Source: an archaeon (lineage in GTDB: Archaea > Asgardarchaeota > Heimdallarchaeia > Hodarchaeales > S146-22). Taken from it: a stretch of 23,913 nt of DNA. The stretch spans positions 1-23,913 of the forward strand of contig JAJRXH010000202.1 of NCBI GenBank assembly GCA_024276395.1. Direction: 5' to 3'. The stretch's first letter is position 1. Each line of letters begins with the position of its first letter. The notes under the pieces were generated by a model. That model was not told the origin of the DNA. It made no database searches and saw only the letters and a list, made by a program, of their open reading frames with translations. Positions 10,678 to 18,833 of the stretch are shown in pieces. A program made the position numbers and the translations under genes.

Positions 10678-12150
10678 ATGACAACCGGGGAAACATACAT
10701 GTCCTCAATTGACGATTTATTCGAAGAAATAGAAGAAGTCATCTCAATTCCGACAAGGAAAGCAAAAAGAAAAAAAATAATAGAATATAATCCAGAAGAT
10801 TTCATTTCACACCTAAGTCTCACGAGACGAGGAATGCTTATCACCATGGTCATCATCATTGACTTCGGACTCTACCTTTCCACCTCCCTCCCTTTTTTCG
10901 GTATCATCCTCATCATTTTTTCCGTCTTGTTTGCTATTGACTATTACTTATTCGTCAAAAATCCACTAGAAAATCTTCTCATCAAGCGACACATCGATCG
11001 AGCTTTGATGTTCGAAGGAGATTACAGCCTCGTGGAAGTTGAGGTCACCAACACGCATCCTACCAAGCCTATTGGTCTTCTAGAGGTAGAAGAGTATTAT
11101 CAGCCAGAAATCAAAGTCTTAACCACGAAGGAAAAACTAACCAAAAGCATGGCATTAGGACCAAAAGAATCTAATTACTTGAGGTATCTCTTTAAAATTG
11201 AACAAATGGGAAAGTACATCATCGGACCAATCAAGATGACTATAAAGGACTTTCTAGGTCTTTTTTCAGTCAACGTGATCGCACCTATTTTCGATGATGT
11301 CATCATCTTTCCTAGAATCGAAGACGCACAACGAATGTTCCAAGTTGCACAACGAAGAAAGTTAGGAAGATTTTTCGACATATTTCGACAAAAAGAAATC
11401 GGTTCTGGGTTAGACTTCTTTGGATTACGTGAATACGAACGAACTGATGATCATCGTGCTATTGACTGGAAAGCCTCTGCTAAAAGAAACATGGATCCTT
11501 TGATGGTACGGATTTATGAAACAGTCAATCCTTTAAACATTCTCATTGCATTAGACGCTGGAAAAAGCATGCTAGTGAGACTTGATAATGGAAAAACTAA
11601 ATATGAGGCAGTTCTCCCCATAGTAGCTTTTCTCATCCTGCTAGGACTATCCACGCGTGACAACGTGGGACTAGCCATCTTCGATTCAGAGGTAACTGCA
11701 TTCTTGAAACCAGCAAACCAACGAAAGGTCTTCTTTGACGCATTAAGACTGTTTGCAATGAGCAACAAAGGTAACAAGACTAGTTATCGACAATTAGCAA
11801 ATTACATCGTTGCTGGGGTAAGAGAACGAACTCTGGTCATCATCGTGACAGACTTGGAAGGAGATGTGGAAGAATTACATGAATGCATCCGAATTTTGAG
11901 GCTAAAAAAGTTTCCCGTTCTATTATTGTATCTAAAAAATGAAGAACTCGAATTTGATGTGCCCTTATCATCATTTGAGGACAAAATTTTCCTAGAAACC
12001 TATCTCGCTCATCGTGCTGCTGATATCATCCGAGAAGTAAGGAAAAAAGGAGTATCCACGATGACACTGAGACGTGAAGATTTCGAGAAACTGACCTTCC
12101 CGGTTACGCTTGAAAGATGGATTTCGTTGGTATCTCAAGCAAGGAGGTAA
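10678..12150 (+). CDS. DUF58 family protein (two N-terminal TM helices plus vWA-like domain), the usual MoxR partner
   Basis: The diagnostic DUF58 motif DFFGLREYERTDDHRAIDWKASAKRNMDPLMVRIYE is present. It is followed by the vWA-like strand LNILIALDAGKSM, a degenerate MIDAS (DxGxS). The N-terminal hydrophobic hairpin is MLITMVIIIDFGLYL / FFGIILIIFSVLFAIDYYLF. An alternative start is the ATG at 10699. Confidence 0.88.
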   Translation: MTTGETYMSSIDDLFEEIEEVISIPTRKAKRKKIIEYNPEDFISHLSLTRRGMLITMVIIIDFGLYLSTSLPFFGIILIIFSVLFAIDYYLFVKNPLENLLIKRHIDRALMFEGDYSLVEVEVTNTHPTKPIGLLEVEEYYQPEIKVLTTKEKLTKSMALGPKESNYLRYLFKIEQMGKYIIGPIKMTIKDFLGLFSVNVIAPIFDDVIIFPRIEDAQRMFQVAQRRKLGRFFDIFRQKEIGSGLDFFGLREYERTDDHRAIDWKASAKRNMDPLMVRIYETVNPLNILIALDAGKSMLVRLDNGKTKYEAVLPIVAFLILLGLSTRDNVGLAIFDSEVTAFLKPANQRKVFFDALRLFAMSNKGNKTSYRQLANYIVAGVRERTLVIIVTDLEGDVEELHECIRILRLKKFPVLLLYLKNEELEFDVPLSSFEDKIFLETYLAHRAADIIREVRKKGVSTMTLRREDFEKLTFPVTLERWISLVSQARR

Positions 12151-12153
12151 GAA

Positions 12154-13950
12154 ATGTTGATGACTATTAAGAAAACAGCAGGATATCGTCCAGCTAGCCG
12201 CAAATTATCTGAGCTACCCTTGTATTTTGAAAGATTACTACCTTTCACGGGAATTTTGAGAGTTGCTTTCATTGATCTGATGATCCTAAGCATGCTCGGC
12301 ATCTTCATTTTCTTCGATTATGCTTCTTTAATAGTTCGAATCACTCGTGGATTAATTCGTCGTGATCTCATTCTTAGGTATTTTTCGTTGAAGGATCAGG
12401 AAATCTTATTAATTCTACTTCTAGTAATTCTATACAATATTAGTAACATTTTTTGGATATTGAAGCCTAAAAAGATTCCGTTTGGTGAAACTTACATTCT
12501 TTTTTCGTTTATTTTCATCATTCTATTCAATGATGGCATCTTGGTACTTCTCAATGCGGACCAATTCCTCCATTACACCCTAGAACACGCACCAATAGAT
12601 TGGATACTATTAAGTTTTCTCATAGGTCTTACTTTTTTCACGATCTGGTTCGAACGTTACGTTAGGAAAAACAGACCGAAGAATATTTTTGATCTTGATC
12701 CGAATAGCATCGTCGAAACACTCAATTTCTTGATTTTTCTTCTCTTTACCTTGTTTCCCTTATTCATATTGCTCTTTCATCCTTTTTACAATCCAAAAGG
12801 TACCATTGTTTTGATAGATATGACCATGAACCTTTTGATTTCTCTTGATCCTTTAGATATCATGGGCACTCTAGATCAATGGTTCTACATTCTTCTAGAT
12901 GGATGGAAAGTTCTCCTCCTACTGGGTACTTACATCATTACCTTTTATCTAATGTTTCGTGCTACTAAGCAGCACGTGCTATCCAAGTTGGGTATGACCA
13001 TTCAAAAAAAGAAAAAAGTTCTTTCAACACGCCAATTCATTCGCGATCAGAAATACAAGCTAGTGGGGCTTGCACTCGTGACGGGATCTCACACGATAAA
13101 AGATCCTTATAGTAGTATTTTATGGATTTCACTTCCTCTCATTTCATTGTTCCTCATTTACAAGGATGAACTAAATCGTTTTCAACTATTTGTACTCACG
13201 ACCATCTTAGCTAGTATCTTTGTAAGTCGATGGATTCTTACCACCAACCTAGATACTGGTTACTATAATTTCTCAATTTTTAGCGTTTCCCTGTTTATTT
13301 CAATAATTGGGCTATTCATCACGTTAGTCTTCATCAGAAGTGGATATTTTGTTAGTATTGGCCTATTTGCAATTGCCATCCTCATTACCTATACCTTTTG
13401 GGACACCTATGAATATCTTTTCATTGCAGCCTTGCTTATCATTTTAGGAATTTTTTGGCTCCAACAACTTCAAAACATCGTCATTCCCTCACAAAAACTT
13501 TGTAACTCAGGAAAAGAGGCAAGAAGTCTTCTAGAGAATGAAGAAATCTTTTGGAGTGGAATACAAGAACGATTTTCATTGTCAGATGACTTGATGAATA
13601 GAATTCAATCCTATGTTTACTCTACACTCCAAAATGATCAAGAAAAAGTTCTCGAAATCATTTATGAGCCAGAAAAACCCTATAATGCAGTCATTTTCAC
13701 GGAACAAACCTTTTATAAGGCATTCCAGCTTGCAATTTCCATTTTAGCACCTCTTTTCGTATTGCCTTTAATCTTAATTTACATTCCCATTCCCTTCTTG
13801 GGACTTTATCATTCATCATCAGCCGGAAATTTCGCCGTTATAGTAATTTTATCGCTATACTTACTATCATTTGTTTTGATTTGGCTTCCTCCCATCCCCA
13901 TTCCCAAGTTTAAGGAAATGGAACTAGAATACAGGAGGTTTAAGCAATAG
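12154..13950 (+). CDS. Polytopic integral membrane protein (598 aa, 10 or more predicted TM helices, one soluble insert near residues 450-530), unknown family
   Basis: A strong AGGAGGT Shine-Dalgarno lies inside the end of the DUF58 gene, 6 nt before the ATG, with a 3-nt intergenic gap. The protein has long runs of hydrophobic segments. It occupies the slot where bacterial MoxR/DUF58 operons often carry a transglutaminase-like membrane protein, but I see no GxC...H...D transglutaminase core and the protein has only one Cys. Confidence 0.8.
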   Translation: MLMTIKKTAGYRPASRKLSELPLYFERLLPFTGILRVAFIDLMILSMLGIFIFFDYASLIVRITRGLIRRDLILRYFSLKDQEILLILLLVILYNISNIFWILKPKKIPFGETYILFSFIFIILFNDGILVLLNADQFLHYTLEHAPIDWILLSFLIGLTFFTIWFERYVRKNRPKNIFDLDPNSIVETLNFLIFLLFTLFPLFILLFHPFYNPKGTIVLIDMTMNLLISLDPLDIMGTLDQWFYILLDGWKVLLLLGTYIITFYLMFRATKQHVLSKLGMTIQKKKKVLSTRQFIRDQKYKLVGLALVTGSHTIKDPYSSILWISLPLISLFLIYKDELNRFQLFVLTTILASIFVSRWILTTNLDTGYYNFSIFSVSLFISIIGLFITLVFIRSGYFVSIGLFAIAILITYTFWDTYEYLFIAALLIILGIFWLQQLQNIVIPSQKLCNSGKEARSLLENEEIFWSGIQERFSLSDDLMNRIQSYVYSTLQNDQEKVLEIIYEPEKPYNAVIFTEQTFYKAFQLAISILAPLFVLPLILIYIPIPFLGLYHSSSAGNFAVIVILSLYLLSFVLIWLPPIPIPKFKEMELEYRRFKQ

Positions 13951-14102
13951 CATACCAGCCATTTGCGAATATCAGGGATGTTGTCTTTATCATCAGTACT
14001 CTAATTTCCTTAAGCTTCATAATACTCTTCATTTCTTTCAAATGGCGGACTGAGTCCAAGAAGTTAGAAGCAATCTACGACTTAACACCAATATACGAAA
14101 AA

Positions 14103-16691
14103 ATGGTCAAAGAACGGACAGATAATCAACAAAAAATCATCAAAACGGAAAATGATGAGTTTTCCATCCAAATTACAGTAGGTAAAACGTTTAGGGATCC
14201 TAATACAGGCTTAAATATCGTACTCTGTCCCAAGTGTTTTAACAAGATGTCGTTGTTCCTATGGCAAGGAACAAAAAGATGCTTGAGTTGTGGTCAAGGA
14301 ATTGGAAAAATTGAAGAACTAGAAATTAACTACACGCAACCACAAGTAGGTACCATAATTGAAAATGAATTGCTACGTTCCCAATGGGTAGAGTGCCCGG
14401 TCTGTGGATATAATAACACGCTAACTGCCATTGAAACAAATAAGATATGTTCTTCGTGCTCTGTCATCATTGGAAGCCTTCTCAACCCATCTACTGGTGA
14501 ACTCATCACGCTTGACATCGAAGAGATACTCATTGAGTACGAAAATAAATTTCAGGATGAGGAGAAAACCAGTAATTTACCGTTGCTCCAAATCAGTAAT
14601 GACGAAAAAATACTCCAAGATAGTTTGGCAGAAGGACTATTAGGGTTCTGGGAGGAAAGATGGCAAGTTAAATGCCTGTATTGTGGGTACATGAATGATG
14701 CGTCTTTGGTTAACAATTTCACTAATTTCAAGTGTGAACATTGCTTGCAACCAATTAAATCCCTCAAGTTCGACGAGAAGAGCCCAATCATGAACATTGA
14801 ATTAACTCCCATTGAATGTCCTCAATGCTCATTGGTGTATGAAAATAAAGAGAAATTACTAGAACTCATCGAACAAGAACTCACTTGCCAATGTGAATTC
14901 TCATTATTTGAGTATCTGCGTGATCCCGTCAAGGAAAAGGAATTTTATTCGAGAATGGTAGAATTACAAGTTAAATCCATGGAAGAAATTGAGTCAGATA
15001 GCTCAGAGAGAAAAGATGAAGAAAAATCAAACAAGCGCTTGTGTCCTTCGTGTTTCTCTCTCTATGATCTTGATGTCTTCGAATGCCCCACCTGTGATCT
15101 TTATTTAGATCCTGAAATGGCCAAGGCAGAAGAGCTAGATCCTTACGCCAAAGATTGGGCTTATCCATATACCGTTGATGAATTAGAAAAACTCATTGAA
15201 ATCCCGCCGTATGTGGCACGGAAGATTTATTGCGCAACTTGTGACGCTTACCATGAAAAATACAAGCTTCTCGCGGATAACGTGTTTTCATGTCCCCTTG
15301 ATCTTACTGATCTCACAAAACACAAGAGTTATTGTCAAAATTGCTCAATACAGTATCCCACTAATTACAATTTCTGCATGGAATGCGGGAAACAACTTGA
15401 AATCTTAGAAGTCGAAGTGTACATACCGCCACGGCTAAAAGAAACCACAGCTCCACCCACACCAGAACACGAGCCCAGTCCAATGACGATAAGAATTTTT
15501 TGTCTTGATTGCCAAGAAGAACACGAATATGACCTTGTACCACGATATTGCAAGAAATGTGGAGGGAAAATCGAGAAGAGTATGCATTTTTGTCCCCAAT
15601 GTCAAGTTTATTATCCGGTAACCTACAAGTTCTGTCGAATATGTGGCAAAGAACTAACAGAAAAAGTTCTTCCACAAGCAGATCGAATTACCATTACCGA
15701 AAAAGCCGCGATTTATTGTCATCACTGTCGAAAAAGTCAAACCTATACTTTTGTCCCAGCCGCTTGTTACAATTGTTTCATGCCGTTAGAAGTGAATGAA
15801 CTAAGATATTGTCAAAAATGCAAGATTAATTACCCACGTTTCTATAAATACTGCCAAGAATGTGGAAAACCACTCTCCTTCTCTAGAATTTCCCTACCAA
15901 AGCCATCAAAGTTAAAGAGCGTCCCCATTTATTGTAGTCCATGCCAAGAAACATATTTCTATCAGCATCCAGCAAAATATTGCAAGAAATGTGGACAATA
16001 CAACCGATTACAACCGTTGAGACGATGCCCACAATGTTTAGCCATTCAATCTCCTAATTTTAAATATTGCAAGAATTGTAAAGCGACGACAATAACTTGG
16101 ATTCCAAACCCCTTTGAAGTCAACCCGTCTCTATTAGAGGCATTCACTAAAATTGAACTGGAGAGTACACAACAAACTTCAATGGAAGAACTACAAACAA
16201 TAGAGCATCAAATTCCTCCAACCACCTCTCAACAAATAGAAGTTCCACGACTTACTCCTAGTAGTAGCTCATCTGCTTCAGCAATTCCAATCACTCAAGT
16301 TGACAAAAACCAATCTAAAAAACAAAAGATCGAAGCACTCCCAAGGGATGTTAAGAGTGATGACCAAAAAATCACTGAAAAAGGATTGATTGAAGAACAA
16401 GTAAAGCAATTTTTGGTAGATTATTTGAGAAAAAACAAATGGAAGTTAATCGATCCCGCCAAAATAGGCTTCAAAGTTGATATCATTGCTTCCAAAAGGA
16501 AAAAATTAATCGGCATTCAAGTCTCTAGCAATCCTACTACGGCGATGATGGATGAGCTGCTTTTCACGGGTTTTCCGGGAAAGTGGGCAATCTTTGTATT
16601 AAATAATGATGATGGGCAAGATCTTGGAAGAAATACCTTCCACGTGAAAACGTTGGACGCCTTGAGAAAGATCATCGATTCACTCGTGTAA
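14103..16691 (+). CDS. Multi-zinc-ribbon protein (about 13 CxxC...CxxC units) with Ser/Pro-rich linker and a C-terminal ~100-aa restriction-endonuclease-fold-like domain
   Basis: Cys pairs run from C42 (nt 14226) to C659 (nt 16079). Eleven are complete Cys4 units and two are degenerate (CPQC...CQC and CATC...C). Units such as FCPQCQVYYPVTYKFCRICGKEL, YCQNCSIQYPTNYNFCMECGKQL and YCQKCKINYPRFYKYCQECGKPL match the zinc_ribbon_2/DZR pattern. The start is uncertain: there is no Shine-Dalgarno before ATG 14103, and the frame stays open upstream to nt 13944 (see findings). Confidence 0.85.
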   Translation: MVKERTDNQQKIIKTENDEFSIQITVGKTFRDPNTGLNIVLCPKCFNKMSLFLWQGTKRCLSCGQGIGKIEELEINYTQPQVGTIIENELLRSQWVECPVCGYNNTLTAIETNKICSSCSVIIGSLLNPSTGELITLDIEEILIEYENKFQDEEKTSNLPLLQISNDEKILQDSLAEGLLGFWEERWQVKCLYCGYMNDASLVNNFTNFKCEHCLQPIKSLKFDEKSPIMNIELTPIECPQCSLVYENKEKLLELIEQELTCQCEFSLFEYLRDPVKEKEFYSRMVELQVKSMEEIESDSSERKDEEKSNKRLCPSCFSLYDLDVFECPTCDLYLDPEMAKAEELDPYAKDWAYPYTVDELEKLIEIPPYVARKIYCATCDAYHEKYKLLADNVFSCPLDLTDLTKHKSYCQNCSIQYPTNYNFCMECGKQLEILEVEVYIPPRLKETTAPPTPEHEPSPMTIRIFCLDCQEEHEYDLVPRYCKKCGGKIEKSMHFCPQCQVYYPVTYKFCRICGKELTEKVLPQADRITITEKAAIYCHHCRKSQTYTFVPAACYNCFMPLEVNELRYCQKCKINYPRFYKYCQECGKPLSFSRISLPKPSKLKSVPIYCSPCQETYFYQHPAKYCKKCGQYNRLQPLRRCPQCLAIQSPNFKYCKNCKATTITWIPNPFEVNPSLLEAFTKIELESTQQTSMEELQTIEHQIPPTTSQQIEVPRLTPSSSSSASAIPITQVDKNQSKKQKIEALPRDVKSDDQKITEKGLIEEQVKQFLVDYLRKNKWKLIDPAKIGFKVDIIASKRKKLIGIQVSSNPTTAMMDELLFTGFPGKWAIFVLNNDDGQDLGRNTFHVKTLDALRKIIDSLV
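15231..16079 (+). repeat. Protein-level tandem array: four units, each pairing a type-A zinc ribbon (I(Y/F)CxxC...YCKKCG) with a type-B zinc ribbon ((Y/F)CxxCxxxYPxx(Y/F)K(Y/F)CxxCGKxL)
   Basis: First Cys positions of the A units are residues 377, 467, 539 and 611. First Cys positions of the B units are 411, 497, 570 and 642. Units 2-4 are spaced 72-73 residues apart (about 216 nt). The DNA copies are diverged, so this is not a recent duplication. Confidence 0.75.
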
Positions 16692-16704
16692 CTGGTGAGA
16701 AGAT

Positions 16705-18381
16705 ATGGACGAACGTAAAAAGATGAAAATATGGATATTCATCATCTTGATATGCTCTAGTTCAATCATGCTAACCCATTTTTCTATAATGATGTCAACA
16801 CAGAATCGATACTTGCTTAATTTCAAGCAAAATGAAATGATAACAAGTCACTCTCATAAAAAAGATTATAGTCATTTAGTATCTCAAAAAACTCCCTTTC
16901 ATCAAAAAACGCCATTCATTAAGCAAGTTCAGGAGATCGGTACACTCTCTGTACATCCTTATCATCTCGAGGCCATTAATGATAGCCTACAAATTGAATC
17001 GAATTTTATCTTTAATGCGACATTAGATCGAACAATCTATGGAAGTGGTAGTATCATTCACATTAAAGGGTATCTAGGTTACGCTAACAATACGCCCATT
17101 GCCGGTAATGAAGTCAACATCACCTTTCTTGATGCAGTTAACAACAAGTTGACTAGCACCACGGAAAACACGCGTTTGGACGGAAGTTGGAACGTGGATT
17201 ATCAACTTTCTTCCTCAACTCCCACTGGAGGCTATCACGTAGAAGTTTGGACGAAAGTAAATGAATCGATCTTGTCCCTATCATTAACCTATACTGTTGT
17301 CGCACGCAGTTCAATTACTTTCATCTCGAATTCAACTCTTCCTAATCCACCCATTCACTATTTCCCCTTTTCAATCATCGTCAAGTTGAGTTCTCAAGAA
17401 ATAAGCGATGCTAAAATTATATTCACGACTGACGAAGGTATTACATGGAAACAAGCAACTCTAGTAAGTTCCACAGAAGACCCAGCAACATTCACCGCAT
17501 TGCTAGGACCTTTTAACAAGAGCATAAATAAATTACAATGGTTTGCTGTCATCATTGATAGTGATGGAAAAATAAAGGAATCTCAAATACAGGTAATCTC
17601 TTTTCGTCCGTTTAACGCTTCCATCACGATAGATATCACCTCAACTCCCTACACGCACGTGACTCACGTTTGGAATGTAACAATCAATACTAATTTACCA
17701 GAAGATTACTACTACATAAAAGTGAAAGCAGCCTTTCTTGGTAATGAGCAAGAGTTTTACTTGCCTACTTGGAAAGTAAGAGCTGGTTTTTATCAGTTCT
17801 CTTTCAACACGACAATGACTGGAACATGGACTTTTACTGCGGAATTACGATCGACATTCAATAATTCAATTTTAAAACAACAATCAGAAACCACCTATCT
17901 GTCCTTAATGGACATTCATCCACCTCGAATCCAAAATGTCGAGTATGATAAAAGTAGCATCTTCAATGATTTGCCAGTTGTTGTTACCATCATCATCGAA
18001 GAAAATCATACTTACCATGATTTACTAGTTTTCGTGAAATACCGTCAAGGTACCATTGAAGAAGGTCCTACTACCCAATGGTCAGTCAAAACCCTATTAT
18101 CGCCTGGACAGAATAGCCAAGATACCGTGAAAATTCAATGGGAAATCCCAGTTACATTAAAAGAGGGAGATTTATTTCAATTTCAAGTGATAGCAATTGA
18201 TGGATTCAATAACACTGCATCTTCAAGACTTTATACCATTTCTTATCCCTTAACAAGGGAAGAATCCACTAATTTTCCCTTCTACATGTTCTTAATCACA
18301 TTGATGATGTTTTTTTTCAATAAGTTCAAAAGAACTCGAATGCTGAAAAATGAGAAGATTCTTAATCAAGGAGATGTATGA
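16705..18381 (+). CDS. Type-I membrane surface protein with Ig-like/beta-sandwich domains, N-terminal signal/anchor and C-terminal TM helix
   Basis: A GGTGAG Shine-Dalgarno precedes the ATG. The N-terminal hydrophobic segment is IWIFIILICSSSIMLTHF and the C-terminal TM is FPFYMFLITLMMFFF, followed by the basic tail NKFKRTRMLK. The ectodomain has more than 10 N-x-S/T sequons and a GNEVNITF...RLDGSWNVDYQL motif of the same type as in the giant protein. Confidence 0.85.
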   Translation: MDERKKMKIWIFIILICSSSIMLTHFSIMMSTQNRYLLNFKQNEMITSHSHKKDYSHLVSQKTPFHQKTPFIKQVQEIGTLSVHPYHLEAINDSLQIESNFIFNATLDRTIYGSGSIIHIKGYLGYANNTPIAGNEVNITFLDAVNNKLTSTTENTRLDGSWNVDYQLSSSTPTGGYHVEVWTKVNESILSLSLTYTVVARSSITFISNSTLPNPPIHYFPFSIIVKLSSQEISDAKIIFTTDEGITWKQATLVSSTEDPATFTALLGPFNKSINKLQWFAVIIDSDGKIKESQIQVISFRPFNASITIDITSTPYTHVTHVWNVTINTNLPEDYYYIKVKAAFLGNEQEFYLPTWKVRAGFYQFSFNTTMTGTWTFTAELRSTFNNSILKQQSETTYLSLMDIHPPRIQNVEYDKSSIFNDLPVVVTIIIEENHTYHDLLVFVKYRQGTIEEGPTTQWSVKTLLSPGQNSQDTVKIQWEIPVTLKEGDLFQFQVIAIDGFNNTASSRLYTISYPLTREESTNFPFYMFLITLMMFFFNKFKRTRMLKNEKILNQGDV

Positions 18382-18821
18382 CCATGGGAAACGTGATAAA
18401 TTTAAATTTGCATTCCTACTTTCAAGATGTCTCTAATAAATGGCTGGAACTACTTAACACGTTGAGCTTGCAAGTACCTAACCACCCACAACTAAATCAC
18501 CTGATGACTCTTTATGAAGATCTCGAACAAATTAAGTTCGAGGTTCAGTATCTTCCATCACCCTCATCATCACTCCTAAAAAGACAAAAAAATATGTATG
18601 AAGTCCTCATGCTATTAAGTGCCGTGTTATGTCAAAAAATCCTTAGGATCATCGTGAACTTACATGACCAAGTAAGTCTTCATCAAAAATACCTAGAAGT
18701 GGAAGAAATTGAAGAAGTTACAAGACTCATAAGACAGGTAGAGCAAGTAAATCGAATGCTCCTAAGACTCCTCCAAGGTGAAGATCTCAACACAACCCTC
18801 ATCAAGAAAATGGAACAATAA
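18378..18821 (+). CDS. Small all-helical/coiled-coil cytoplasmic protein (147 aa), unknown family, possibly an ESCRT-associated adaptor
   Basis: The ATG overlaps the upstream stop (ATGA at 18378-18381) and is preceded by AGGAGAT. Heptad-like Leu/Glu/Gln-rich sequence is present (EVEEIEEVTRLIRQVEQVNRMLLRLLQ). The TAA at 18819-18821 is in the same frame as the next gene. No family was recognised by eye. Confidence 0.65.
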   Translation: MTMGNVINLNLHSYFQDVSNKWLELLNTLSLQVPNHPQLNHLMTLYEDLEQIKFEVQYLPSPSSSLLKRQKNMYEVLMLLSAVLCQKILRIIVNLHDQVSLHQKYLEVEEIEEVTRLIRQVEQVNRMLLRLLQGEDLNTTLIKKMEQ

Positions 18822-18833
18822 CATGCTAAAGCA

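Noticed and set aside
10760-10785. A-rich homopolymer run (AAAAAGAAAAAAAATAA) near the 5' end of the DUF58 gene, considered as a possible slippage or phase-variation site
   Set aside because: It encodes a plausible Lys-rich cytoplasmic N-terminal segment (RKAKRKKIIEY) in frame. The frame is intact, and A-runs are common in AT-rich genomes.
7943-11984. Antisense ORFs within the DUF4350-like, MoxR and DUF58 genes (7943-8149, 8798-8980, 9634-9846, 10117-10302, 10575-10859, 11175-11381, 11514-11777, 11802-11984)
   Set aside because: They overlap genes with unambiguous family motifs on the + strand, they show no Shine-Dalgarno sites, and their sequences look like reverse-frame artefacts.
13925-13950. 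Programmed -1 frameshift fusing the 598-aa membrane protein to the zinc-ribbon ORF
   Set aside because: The frames differ by -1 and an AGGAGG lies nearby. However, there is no X XXY YYZ slippery heptamer in the zero frame (…AGG AGG TTT AAG CAA TAG), and an in-frame TAA (13941-13943) blocks the target frame until after the likely shift window. It is kept only as a minor alternative in the start-codon finding.
14330-15799. Alternative-frame and antisense ORFs within the multi-zinc-ribbon gene (14330-14533, 14431-14643, 14552-14812, 14971-15168, 15196-15408, 15361-15675, 15365-15553, 15548-15799)
   Set aside because: The annotated frame carries a regular CxxC...CxxC architecture throughout this interval, and the others are short, Arg/Ser-rich and unsupported.
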